A DNA stretch of 64,000 nt from Elusimicrobiota bacterium (lineage in GTDB: Bacteria; Elusimicrobiota; Endomicrobiia; Endomicrobiales; JBDRNC01). Of the stretch, positions 1 through 9,897 are shown piece after piece. The notes beneath the pieces were generated by a model. The model did not search any database. It had not been told where the DNA came from and saw nothing but the letters and a program-made list of their open reading frames with translations. The DNA is taken from positions 94,759-158,758 of the forward strand of contig JBDRNC010000004.1 of the NCBI GenBank assembly GCA_043811535.1, written 5' to 3'. A program made the translations under genes and the position numbers. Within the stretch, counting starts at the first letter, position 1. The number at the start of each line of letters is the position of its first letter.

Positions 1-2607
1 GAAATCGGGCCTGCCGGCATTCGCCGACAGCGCAAGAGCCAGCCTGCCGCCTGCTTTTGAAACCCTTACGGTCCTGCTCATAACGCATGGCTGGTCCTTT
101 GACAACGGATGAAGGCACAGGATATTATTCTTACCGGGATGCGGAAAATCTATTTCCCACCTGAAATCCGATACCATTACGGGGCCTTTATCTGGGTCGC
201 AGTCTTTTATTGCCCATCCGAGGGCCCATCCCTTCAACTGCATGTTTTCTGTATACGCGAAGTCCGGGTCTATGTCTTCCAGGTATACGTCTGACAGGAA
301 ACAATGCCCGGCAAGCGTCAGTTCCGGGCCGACAGCTCCTGCGATCATTTCGATCCTGGCAGAGCCGCCCGCATACTTCTTCAAATCAACGCTTATATTT
401 TTCCAGTCGTCCATTTCAGCGGCCTTAAAATCACCGTCAAAAGCATTCTTGCCGTTAACTTTCACCTTAAAATTGAAACCCGCGGTTCCCTGTTTTGCCG
501 CGTTCGGTGATACCGAAAAATGAAGTATTGTCCCCTTTTCCGGTATCCACGCGTCGCGCGTTATTGATACGGGGTTTTTAACGGATTTCGGGAATACAAG
601 CAATATGTCCTTTTTGCCTTCGTACGGCTTGTCATCCCTGCCCGAATAACTTATCCTGAATTCCGGCGGAACAGTGTCGCTGTTGCCGGCGATGCTCCAT
701 TTCCGGGCCCATCCGCCGAACCTTATCTTGTCATATACGGGTTCCCGGTCGACTCCTTCGATTTTCAATCCCGACACGAAAGCGTATGAAGCATCCCAGC
801 CGTATGCGCTGTCCGCGTAAAACCTGATCTCAATGGACGCGGGACGTCCGCTGCGCCCGGCCAGGTCAAATTCGTAATCATGCCAGTTCGCTGCGGACAG
901 CGCTTCGCCCGACCCGACCTGCTCACGCTTTATCTCGCTGCCGTCAACGCTGACGCTGAGCAGGAAACCCGATTGGCCGGGACGCGCCGCGTCGGCCGAT
1001 ACAGAAAATTTAAGTTTTGCGCCTTTCCCGGGAACGCTTACAAGCCGGTTCAGCGTCACGGGCATGTCTTTTGACATCGGCCTGACAAGCAGTATATTCT
1101 TTCTGCCGGGATTCGGGAAATAGCCGCAATCGTCATAACTGACCTGAAATTTCGGCCCCGTCACGGCGTCGCAGGCCTGGATGCCCCAGTAATCGAACAA
1201 TCCCCAATAATTCTTTTTTTCCGCCGGCGCGTCCTTTTCGGAATAAACAGCCGCTGAAGGGTCGAATTTCGGATTCTTCAGGAACTTGCCGTACATTTCG
1301 AGGAGCACCGCTTCCGCCTTGTCCGTTTCCCCGTTCAATAAAAGTTTCCTTGCCGAATCCAGCTTCCCGGACTGCACGGCATATTCGGCGCCCGCGGCGC
1401 TTCCGTACACGTTTTTAAGCGTTTTTCTCAGGCTATAGATGTACGCGGGCAGTCTCAGCGCCTTTTTGTCGGTCCTGGTCCCTTTAAGTTTTGAGGCATA
1501 TTCCTGAATAATTTCCAGGCTGCCGTAGCCGTAGCCCTCGGCGGGATTATCATCATCGCAAATTCCCGGAAAGACAGGTTCGACCGAAGCGCCTTCGTTA
1601 AAATCATTCCACGTGGGTATCTGGATGAACCGGACGTCATTCTGTATCAGATCCTCCCATGTCGCCCTTAATTTGGTCTCGTTGTCCCTTCTCGTTATCC
1701 CGATCGCGCTTCCCGAACCCCACCCCCCGCATCCGCGGTTATCAAATCCGGCCATGACAGAACCGCTTATGAACGAAAATCTTCCTTTTCCGACGAGACC
1801 GTCAGCTAGTTTCCAGTATTCCGGCAACGCGTTCACGTTGGAATGGAAACAATCGCCCCAGGGAACGATTGAATCGTATTTTTCAAAATTATCTTTTCGC
1901 CAGTAGTGGGAATGCCAGTCGTGGATAAATACGGGGCTTTTTTTCAGCGATGAAAGGACCGCCTCCCATTCATACGCGTTCAGCCACGTGTCTTTAACCG
2001 AATCGCCCGGCGATCCCCACGCGAAATTAGTAATAAGCGGATTGCCGTTCCATTTAATATAGGCCTTTGAACTGAAATACTCTTTTTCAAGATACTCCAT
2101 ATATTTTTTCCCGAGCTCAACGGCTTCGCTCCTGGCCGCCACATCGGCGGCATAACCCGGGAACAATATCTGATCCTCAAAACAAACGCCCACCTGGAAA
2201 ATTCCCAGCTCCTCGGCTTTTTTCAGCAGAGCCTTGAAAGAGATGTCGTCATAAACGTGGCCCGGACCGTACCAATCGCAGACAAAACCGTCTATGCCCG
2301 CGATGCGCGCCAGCAGAATATGGTATTCGCAGAGGTCCGGATCCGCCGAATCATACGGCCCGATAACGGGATAATAAACGGAAGAGATATCCCGAAATCC
2401 CTGAGCGTTTTTCTGGTCCGGATAATGCCAGTATCTCCTGGATATGTCCCCCCTGTTCACCTGCCAGTGCCCCCAGCTGCCGGAATAATCCGGGGTCTGG
2501 TACCACAGCATGTAATGCGCGACTATGACAGGCGGCTTCGCTTTCTCCGCGTATCCGGAGGAAACAAGAAACATCAGCGCGGCCATGGCCGGAAGCAATC
2601 TTCTCAT
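1..2607 (-). CDS. Secreted GH99/GH71-like glycoside hydrolase with C-terminal accessory domains (3' end outside window)
   Basis: Absent from ORF track because it runs off the edge. Partial manual translation from ATG 2607: signal peptide MRRLLPAMAALMFLVSSGYA, then IVAHYMLWY, YYPVIGPYDSADP, AGIDGFVCDWYG, IQIPTWNDFNEGASVEP, motifs typical of GH99-like TIM barrels. Confidence 0.75.
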   Translation of the reverse strand, partial: MRRLLPAMAALMFLVSSGYAEKAKPPVIVAHYMLWYQTPDYSGSWGHWQVNRGDISRRYWHYPDQKNAQGFRDISSVYYPVIGPYDSADPDLCEYHILLARIAGIDGFVCDWYGPGHVYDDISFKALLKKAEELGIFQVGVCFEDQILFPGYAADVAARSEAVELGKKYMEYLEKEYFSSKAYIKWNGNPLITNFAWGSPGDSVKDTWLNAYEWEAVLSSLKKSPVFIHDWHSHYWRKDNFEKYDSIVPWGDCFHSNVNALPEYWKLADGLVGKGRFSFISGSVMAGFDNRGCGGWGSGSAIGITRRDNETKLRATWEDLIQNDVRFIQIPTWNDFNEGASVEPVFPGICDDDNPAEGYGYGSLEIIQEYASKLKGTRTDKKALRLPAYIYSLRKTLKNVYGSAAGAEYAVQSGKLDSARKLLLNGETDKAEAVLLEMYGKFLKNPKFDPSAAVYSEKDAPAEKKNYWGLFDYWGIQACDAVTGPKFQVSYDDCGYFPNPGRKNILLVRPMSKDMPVTLNRLVSVPGKGAKLKFSVSADAARPGQSGFLLSVSVDGSEIKREQVGSGEALSAANWHDYEFDLAGRSGRPASIEIRFYADSAYGWDASYAFVSGLKIEGVDREPVYDKIRFGGWARKWSIAGNSDTVPPEFRISYSGRDDKPYEGKKDILLVFPKSVKNPVSITRDAWIPEKGTILHFSVSPNAAKQGTAGFNFKVKVNGKNAFDGDFKAAEMDDWKNISVDLKKYAGGSARIEMIAGAVGPELTLAGHCFLSDVYLEDIDPDFAYTENMQLKGWALGWAIKDCDPDKGPVMVSDFRWEIDFPHPGKNNILCLHPLSKDQPCVMSRTVRVSKAGGRLALALSANAGRPDF

Positions 2608-2739
2608 CTTTCCTCTTTACGCAAATCCGTATACATTATATCTTGCCTGCGTCGCGTTTTATCTGCGGACTGCCCGGCAAGTCAATGCTTTCTTGAGTGA
2701 TTCGGATATTCTTCGGGAGTTTAGCAGAACAGGAGCATA

Positions 2740-3342
2740 TTACTTCGCGGGGCGGCTCCTGATTATCGTATTTATCTGTGAAGAAAGGTCATTTACCACT
2801 TTTTCGGCGACGATTCCCGCGACGCTCTTCCTGAATTCAGGCGCCCCCCACTTGACCTGCCCGCGCGTTTCAAAGTCCATTATTTTGTCGTTCGCCAATT
2901 CCGATTCATCGGGTCCGGGCAGGAAGCTCCTTAGTTTCTTGGACGTTTCCTCATATTCGCTTTTCAGTTCGGTCGCCCAGCCTGTAGCGGGGCCGAGCAG
3001 GCGCAGGGTTATCTTCAGACTTGCTTTGTATCCTTTGTAACTGACCAGCGGCATGCTGTCGTATTCCTGCTGTCCGAGCTCAAACTCCGATATTTCACCT
3101 TCTATGACTGTTTTTCCTTCCGTATTCTGCCCGTTTTTGTGGTCCGCAACGCGGAATCCTCTGGCTGAAAGCGCTTTTCTCAGATCCCTCGTAAGTTCAT
3201 AGGATATTTTCCAATCGTCGTTTTCTTTGAACGCAGATAGGTTGAAAAGCCGTTTCAATATTATCGCGTCGTCCGCCAGCGCCTGCGCGGCAAGCAATCC
3301 CGCACACATCACAAGGCCCGCTGCTATAAGGGCTTTCCGCAT
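2740..3342 (-). CDS. Secreted hypothetical protein (possible CsgG/TolB-N-like fold)
   Basis: 200 aa ORF with signal peptide; pattern DLRKALSARGFRV...VIEGEISEF. Confidence 0.55.
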   Translation of the reverse strand: MRKALIAAGLVMCAGLLAAQALADDAIILKRLFNLSAFKENDDWKISYELTRDLRKALSARGFRVADHKNGQNTEGKTVIEGEISEFELGQQEYDSMPLVSYKGYKASLKITLRLLGPATGWATELKSEYEETSKKLRSFLPGPDESELANDKIMDFETRGQVKWGAPEFRKSVAGIVAEKVVNDLSSQINTIIRSRPAK

Positions 3343-3430
3343 ATTCCATTCCCTTCAAGGCGCCTGACATTTAGATATTAAATCAAGTTGTGTGCCTTAT
3401 AACACAATACACATCACACATAACGAATTT

Positions 3431-4786
3431 TTATTCTTGAGCATGTATCTCTACCCTGCGGTTCCTGTCGATACCGAAAGGCTCATTGACTGAAGCTATC
3501 GGCCTTGAACCGCCGTATCCTATGACTTCGATTCTCTTGGCCGCGACGCCGTATTTTTTAACGAGATACTCCTTGACAGCGGCGCCCTGCTTGTACGTGA
3601 GCGCCGTGTTCGCGTCGGGATCGCCAAGCGGATCGGTATGGACCTCAATATTTATGTTCAACTCGGGATAATCCAGAAGAATCTGGCCAATTAAGTCGAG
3701 CGTGTCGTAGCCCTGGGAGGGCTTGTCAGTGCCGACCTCGAATTTCAGCTGTGTAAGTTCACCAAGCTGTATTCCGTTCGCCAAATCATTTATTTTTGCC
3801 GCGCCTTCCATTTTCCGCGGCTGCGCTCCGCTTTCCGTGAACCCCTCCGGGGCTTCGCTTTCGTCCCCGGGTTCGTACGCAACTGTCGTATCGGCCTTTT
3901 TTCCGAACCGGAACGTAGTAGAAAGGCGCATCACCGGCAGGTTTTTCAAGACGAGCGGATAAATATAGGCAAAATCTATGACGAAAGGATAGTTGCCCCG
4001 CTCGCCGGTCTTGTAAGAAGCCCCCATGGATACGCTGCCGCCGCCGACCGTGCCTTCCCAGCCGCCGCGCAAAGCGTATTTCTCTTCCGAAAACCATTGC
4101 TCCAGGCCGAGCGCGAATGCCTGTTTGTTGTTCTGCATGTTCACGTCGGCGGCAAAGTTCAGTCCGCCGGGCCTGAAATACAGTATTCCCGTCCTCACAT
4201 TAAGCGGAAGAAGTTCCTGCCCTACGGAACCTATGTCGGGCCTGTTGAGGTTGGCAAGCGTAAGGCCTAATACCATGCTATCGCTGAAAAGATACTGGCA
4301 TCCCAGATCCAGTCCGTAGCTGGATTTTCCGAGCGATTCGCTTGTATCATTGAAGTACTGCGCCGTAGCGGCGTTCCATCTCATGAATTTGATATTGGCC
4401 CCGAGAAGTAATGTGTCGGTTACCGCGTATGAAGGCGTCAGGACTATCATTATCTCCTTGTATTTGGCGCTTGAAAGCTGGGCCGCCGATAATCCCCAAG
4501 CCGTTATATCTCCTCTTACCGCGGCCGCCACTAGACTCTGTGAAATGCTGTCATTCACGAGTCCGGGATAAAGGGAGGCGTAGCTCATGCCGACGCTGTC
4601 CCCATCGATCCTCACAAGTCCCGAAGGATTTATCAACGCGCTCATCACGTCGTCGCTCATGCCGGAGAACGCGCCGCCCATACCCTGCGCCCGGACCGAC
4701 GACTCCGGCATTGTATCGAAGGCCGCGAAGGCCCCGGACGCAAAAGCGAATGCTATTAAGATGGTAATTGAAAGTCGCCGTTTCAT
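3431..4786 (-). CDS. PorV/PorQ-like outer-membrane beta-barrel fused to C-terminal OmpA-like domain
   Basis: N-terminal RAQGMGGAF...SDD...INPSGL motif; C-terminal EVHTD...GYGGSRP...NRRVEI. Confidence 0.8.
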   Translation of the reverse strand: MKRRLSITILIAFAFASGAFAAFDTMPESSVRAQGMGGAFSGMSDDVMSALINPSGLVRIDGDSVGMSYASLYPGLVNDSISQSLVAAAVRGDITAWGLSAAQLSSAKYKEIMIVLTPSYAVTDTLLLGANIKFMRWNAATAQYFNDTSESLGKSSYGLDLGCQYLFSDSMVLGLTLANLNRPDIGSVGQELLPLNVRTGILYFRPGGLNFAADVNMQNNKQAFALGLEQWFSEEKYALRGGWEGTVGGGSVSMGASYKTGERGNYPFVIDFAYIYPLVLKNLPVMRLSTTFRFGKKADTTVAYEPGDESEAPEGFTESGAQPRKMEGAAKINDLANGIQLGELTQLKFEVGTDKPSQGYDTLDLIGQILLDYPELNINIEVHTDPLGDPDANTALTYKQGAAVKEYLVKKYGVAAKRIEVIGYGGSRPIASVNEPFGIDRNRRVEIHAQE

Positions 4787-4787
4787 T

Positions 4788-6938
4788 TTACGAGAATTTT
4801 ATATACAGTCTTATGAAATACAGGTCTTCATCGCGTACCTTGAGCATTGTCGACGGAAGCACGCTGTTGATGTGGTTATACCCCCCCAAAAATATGAAAT
4901 TGTATCCCAGCGCGTTCTGCTTGAAAGATATTTCATAGGCCAAAAGGTCCGTATCGCTCTCCGACGTTTTATCGGTCCCTCTGAGCCAAAGGTAGTTTTT
5001 GCCGCCCCGCAGGTACAATCCGCTCATGAGCTCATATTTGGCTGCAAGGATCAGGTTATTCCCGTACGTTCCGGCTGAAGACGTCCCGTCATACTGATAC
5101 GTCTCCATGTATTTATACTTAGGTTCAAATGTGAGCATGTCCAGGATACCGTAAGGATCGCGCAGGTTTTCCGGAATTTTGAAAAAATATTCCGCGCGGG
5201 AACTCATCCCCTGCCTGGTCTTGATGATCCTGTCGGCAAGCATGTTATTCACGCGGGACTGCATCTTATTCTCTATCTTCAAGTCCCTGAAAGGATTGAC
5301 CTTAAGCGCGACGCTCATGTCGTCATAAACGCTGTCCGTAAATTCAGTCTGGTCGGGCCCGCTGAAATCACCGTACCTGACAAGATCCTGAGGATAGGTA
5401 TCCCTGACCCTTTTAGTCGTATAATCCAGATCGAGCTGCATTATTTTCTCGAATCCCTGGGAATACGAGATGTTCAGGGACTGCGCCTTGTTGTATATGT
5501 TGGATGAATCCGATACTTTCTGCTCGTCAAGGTTCGCGACCGTCACCTGCACGGGCGCGAGAAGCCAGTAGAGATCGCTGTCAATATCCAGTTTCACCAG
5601 ATCGCCCAGGTCTTTCAGGCAGTATGTAAGATACACATACGTCCCTTTCATGTCCTTTCTCAACGAATAATCCGAGAACTTATAATCGGGCAGATTATCG
5701 TCTTCATACTTATCGGGTATCCAGTTGTTGTTGCGGTCATTTCCGGTCCAGAGATAGGGATGTTCCGACTGGTAGAACAGGTTCGGTTTCCGCCAGTCAT
5801 ATTCGCCCGTAGCATCCCTGTCGTACAGATAGAAAAACCTTGTCAGCGGGATATTCATCGGATTCGCCTGGGGCTTCCAGAGCCATGTGTACCAGGCTTC
5901 CGAATTATCGGCTGTGGGAAACGTAGAGTCGAGCAGTCCGGGCAGCTGGCCGTCCGTATTGGTATCTACCCATTTGTCGTTATCGTCGTTATCGTCCACA
6001 AGATTGAACCTGCTGGTCGGGGTTTCATAGGTAGTGCTGTATTCCTGCTGAATAAGATAGTTCTCGCATCCGACGATTATGTTGCCGTCCCTGAAGCTTT
6101 TCTTCGCTTCAAAATACTGGGCGAAGGCGTCTGTCGACGATGCGATAAGCGATTGCCTGCTTATCGCGTAGTCGTATTTCAGGCTGATACCCATGACATC
6201 GCCCTCCAGCGAAGGGCCGAAAACCTGGAGAGTATGCGAGGATATCCCGTTCAAATACGGGCTTTCTTCATAAACCTTGGCATAATTGTATCCGATGTCC
6301 AACTTGACGTAATCGGGTATTTCCAGTTTCTTGTACCCGATATCTCCGCCGATAAGCGACGTGCCGTAGGACCGCACCTGTTTGATGTCAGCCCCCCACG
6401 CGTCGCTCTTGGGTTCCTGCGGGTCTATCCAGGAATATATGCCGGTCACGGCGTATTTTTTCGACGAAAAGCTGGTCTTCAATCCCGGCAGTTGGACCTT
6501 GTACAGCGTAAAGGGAGTGAAGAATGCGGTCTTTTTCGCTGTCCAGTTCTGCCAGAGATTGCCTATCAGGAACGACGCCTTGGAATCCTGTTTCTTGAAC
6601 TCAAAATACCAGTCCGCCCTGGGGCCCGACAGCCAGTCCCTTTTCGCGTCCCCTTCCAGAGTGGCGTAGTACGGCCAATATAACTGTTCCTTTGGTTTTA
6701 ATATGCTCTGGTAACCGCTGCCGTCAAACGCCCTGAGGTTTTCCATGTCATAAACCGGCGTTGCCTTCCCCATGCTGTTTGAAAAACTGTCAAAGTATTC
6801 CGGGAATTCGTTATTCAGCAGAGTCTTTTTCCCGGGGAAAGCCCAGGAACAGGAAAATAAAATACTGACAAGCGCCGCCGAGACGGCGTAACCTGCCAGT
6901 TTACGCAAAGTAGCCTTGCCTGCTTCTTTATTTATCAC
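4788..6938 (-). CDS. Hypothetical outer-membrane protein with Asp-rich, Ca-binding-like loops
   Basis: 716 aa, signal peptide, amphipathic beta-strands, aromatic C-terminus (LYIKFS); DDNDDND, DTNTDG, DRNNNWIPD motifs. Confidence 0.55.
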   Translation of the reverse strand: MINKEAGKATLRKLAGYAVSAALVSILFSCSWAFPGKKTLLNNEFPEYFDSFSNSMGKATPVYDMENLRAFDGSGYQSILKPKEQLYWPYYATLEGDAKRDWLSGPRADWYFEFKKQDSKASFLIGNLWQNWTAKKTAFFTPFTLYKVQLPGLKTSFSSKKYAVTGIYSWIDPQEPKSDAWGADIKQVRSYGTSLIGGDIGYKKLEIPDYVKLDIGYNYAKVYEESPYLNGISSHTLQVFGPSLEGDVMGISLKYDYAISRQSLIASSTDAFAQYFEAKKSFRDGNIIVGCENYLIQQEYSTTYETPTSRFNLVDDNDDNDKWVDTNTDGQLPGLLDSTFPTADNSEAWYTWLWKPQANPMNIPLTRFFYLYDRDATGEYDWRKPNLFYQSEHPYLWTGNDRNNNWIPDKYEDDNLPDYKFSDYSLRKDMKGTYVYLTYCLKDLGDLVKLDIDSDLYWLLAPVQVTVANLDEQKVSDSSNIYNKAQSLNISYSQGFEKIMQLDLDYTTKRVRDTYPQDLVRYGDFSGPDQTEFTDSVYDDMSVALKVNPFRDLKIENKMQSRVNNMLADRIIKTRQGMSSRAEYFFKIPENLRDPYGILDMLTFEPKYKYMETYQYDGTSSAGTYGNNLILAAKYELMSGLYLRGGKNYLWLRGTDKTSESDTDLLAYEISFKQNALGYNFIFLGGYNHINSVLPSTMLKVRDEDLYFIRLYIKFS

Positions 6939-6979
6939 TTAGTTCCTTCACTTCAAGGCATCCTGCAACCGCCTAATAA

Positions 6980-8563
6980 CTATTTACTCATATCCGCGAC
7001 TATATTAAACACATCGTAATACAGGCTGTCCGCCCCCATCAATTCCGCCGCCCTGTACCAGATAAACATCCCCTTGCCTCCCACGGGAGGAGAGGCCTTA
7101 TGATGCACATACGCTATTCCGTCGCCGTACGAATTGTTATCAATGTCATAAAGCGTGACTATGGGCATGTATGTGTCGGACTCCGACAATGCCGAGCCCG
7201 TGAAAGGCCTCCACCTGAGGTCTCCGATCCCGGGAAAAGATATTTTTTCGCTGCAATTCGGTATTTTCTTCCTGTCAACGACAAAATTCAATATGAGCCC
7301 GTTCGGAGGCGTTTCAAAGCCCGAAAGCTTCGGGTCCTGGCTGAACGATCCGGCTTCATTCACCCCGCATAACGGGAAACCGAGCTTGCTTACCACATAC
7401 GTCGGCCCGTTTTCTTCGTTCATATACAGCGGCCAGGGAAGATTGGACGTCAGAATGAAGAATCCCCCGCCCTCCATATACTTTACGAGCGCATCATCCA
7501 CATCGGCATAGACTTTTACCGTCTGCTTGTATTTTTCGCCTCCGGCATAAATCGCTACCGGATAATTCAATTTATTGAATTTCTTGTTGTCTACTACGTC
7601 GGTCCAGGAAAGCTTGTCGTAAGAAATCCCTGATTTTACAAGCCATGTCTCAATGGGCGTCGATTCCGTCGTGGGCAGGAACGCTATCTTAATGTTTTTA
7701 AACCTGCCCGCCAGCGCGCGCAGTTTCTCCATGGACGACGCCCCCTCGCTTCCCGCGCGCGTTGAATTAATCTTCGCGCCGAATACCATAAGAGATGAAA
7801 TAATCTTGTCCCTGTTCGGATCGTCCTGGGTAAGTCTGTACCACGCGTATATTATTCCGGAATTGTACGCGGCCGCGTCTCCCAGCCATGCGCCTTTATC
7901 GTCGGAAAGAGATATCAGCGATATATAGTTCTTGCTGCCGTTCCTGTTAACTACCGGCCTCCACCTGAGGTCTCCCGAAGCCGGGAACGTAAACGTCGCG
8001 GGGAGCGTGCCGGCAAACGGTTTCATCTCTTTAGAAAGCGAAAATGTCAGTCTCGCGCCCTCCGGCGGTTTTTCAAATCCGAAAGCCGTGCCGAATTTGT
8101 CGTCCGTGCCTTTGACTATCTGCATGCCTATCATACCGGCCGAATCGGTCGCCACGTCCTTTTCATTCAGGTAAAACGGGGTTGGGCCCTTGCCGAACAG
8201 GAACAATATGCCCCCGTTGTTCGCGAAACCCACAAGCGCCTGATCGCCGTCGCCGGATGTCTTGACTGTCTGGATATATTTCTCTTCGTTCGCGTAGATC
8301 GCCATCTGATAGTTTTTAGGATTAAACACTTCCTGATTGACGTATTCCTGAGGCGTCAGGACCTTGGTCATCGGCTCCAGCCCCTCCCGTTTCAGGAAGG
8401 CCATAATATAGTTGCTTCCCTCGGCAGGAGGTATGACGGCTATCTTTTTTATTCCTTTTGCCTCGAGCGCCTTTTTCAGGTCTCCCGGCGCGGCAATAAG
8501 CGCGCCCGGGACACTAAGGGCAAAGCAAAACAGCGCAACCAGGAATAATCTCAATCTTAACAC
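6980..8563 (-). CDS. Secreted protein made of two tandem class I glutamine-amidotransferase-like domains
   Basis: 527 aa; internal duplication (AIYA..EKY.QTVK, GFE.PP.G, GDLRWRP in both halves). Confidence 0.6.
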   Translation of the reverse strand: MLRLRLFLVALFCFALSVPGALIAAPGDLKKALEAKGIKKIAVIPPAEGSNYIMAFLKREGLEPMTKVLTPQEYVNQEVFNPKNYQMAIYANEEKYIQTVKTSGDGDQALVGFANNGGILFLFGKGPTPFYLNEKDVATDSAGMIGMQIVKGTDDKFGTAFGFEKPPEGARLTFSLSKEMKPFAGTLPATFTFPASGDLRWRPVVNRNGSKNYISLISLSDDKGAWLGDAAAYNSGIIYAWYRLTQDDPNRDKIISSLMVFGAKINSTRAGSEGASSMEKLRALAGRFKNIKIAFLPTTESTPIETWLVKSGISYDKLSWTDVVDNKKFNKLNYPVAIYAGGEKYKQTVKVYADVDDALVKYMEGGGFFILTSNLPWPLYMNEENGPTYVVSKLGFPLCGVNEAGSFSQDPKLSGFETPPNGLILNFVVDRKKIPNCSEKISFPGIGDLRWRPFTGSALSESDTYMPIVTLYDIDNNSYGDGIAYVHHKASPPVGGKGMFIWYRAAELMGADSLYYDVFNIVADMSK

Positions 8564-8580
8564 TTTATTACCCTCATGAC

Positions 8581-9876
8581 CTATTTACCCGCATTCTGGC
8601 TTCTTTCCTTAAGCAGCTTGTTGACCCTTTCCGCTATCCTATCGCATGTTTCGTCGGAAGATTGCAGGCCGATGTTCATCCTGTCAAGTTCTTCGTACCA
8701 GGCCCTGGAGACTTGCGTCGCGTCGCAATACATTGAAAACTCCGGCACGCGTGCGTAGGCCATTTCGTCAATATATACCTTGTTATTCTTTTCATTCGGA
8801 TATTCGGGATCGTAGAGGAATTCCTTTGATTTCCCTATTGATATCCTCGCAGGGATGCCGTCTCCGCTGTTCGCTATGATAAGCTGATTATTCCTCGAAA
8901 CCTGGTAAACCAGGAATTTAACCGCCTCCTCCACATGCAGGCAGTTCCTTGGAATCGCGTAGATATGCGAAGCGAGCATAGTAACCTTGTATTTGCCTTT
9001 AGGCACCGGGGCTATGTCCCAGTTAAGCCGTTTATCTTTGCGGAACACCATGCTCATCCACCTGCCCTGAATGAACATCGCAACTTTGCGCGCGGCGAAA
9101 AGGTTCAGCGTGCCGCCCCATCCGCCTGTCGCGGCCAGATTCTGCATCTCCTGGGGTTTCGGCATCACGTGATGCATAAACCTGAGATCGTAATAAAAAC
9201 GCAGTCCTTCCTTTGCCTGTTTCGAATTAATCACGCATTTTGTGCCGTCTTCGGAAAAAAGCCTCCCGCCGTTTTGCCATATAAACAGCATTGGATCGTC
9301 TGTCAGAATGCCGAACTGCCTGTATTCCTTCTTTGATTCTTCTATGTCCGTCAGTTTTTGCGCGGCTTCCAGCAGTTCCTTCCACGTCCAACTCGCATCA
9401 GGATATTTCAGCCCTTTTGCGTCAAACATGTCTTTATTGTAGAAAACCACGAAAGGGCCGCAATTCGCCGCGACGCCGTACATTTTGCCTTCGGAATACA
9501 TGTATGTCCTGAGCGGGGGCCAAAAATCCTTGACGTCCACGTCATATTTTTTCATGTAAGGGCCGATGTCCAGAAGAGCGCCCTTTTCCATGAATATCCT
9601 TAAAGTCGCCGGGTCATATATGGTAAATATGTCCGGAGGCAGATTGCCGGCTATCTGCACCATGATCGTATTGGAACCGGTACCGCTCGCCAATTCCACT
9701 TTAATACCTGGATTCTCTTTTTCAAAACCGGCTATTTCCGTCGGCCTGCTCGGCGACGGATCCACGGCCCACCGGATCACTATTTTATCTCCGAAATCCT
9801 TCTTTCCAAAAAATATCACGAAGATAAACGCACCGGCTACTGCGGCTACAGCCACTATCTTTAATAGATTTTTCAT
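8581..9876 (-). CDS. Sugar ABC transporter substrate-binding protein
   Basis: FYNKDMFDAKG, PD..WTW..L motifs of family-1 binding proteins. Confidence 0.9.
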   Translation of the reverse strand: MKNLLKIVAVAAVAGAFIFVIFFGKKDFGDKIVIRWAVDPSPSRPTEIAGFEKENPGIKVELASGTGSNTIMVQIAGNLPPDIFTIYDPATLRIFMEKGALLDIGPYMKKYDVDVKDFWPPLRTYMYSEGKMYGVAANCGPFVVFYNKDMFDAKGLKYPDASWTWKELLEAAQKLTDIEESKKEYRQFGILTDDPMLFIWQNGGRLFSEDGTKCVINSKQAKEGLRFYYDLRFMHHVMPKPQEMQNLAATGGWGGTLNLFAARKVAMFIQGRWMSMVFRKDKRLNWDIAPVPKGKYKVTMLASHIYAIPRNCLHVEEAVKFLVYQVSRNNQLIIANSGDGIPARISIGKSKEFLYDPEYPNEKNNKVYIDEMAYARVPEFSMYCDATQVSRAWYEELDRMNIGLQSSDETCDRIAERVNKLLKERSQNAGK

Positions 9877-9897
9877 AATTTCCTCTGCTTCATGCCG

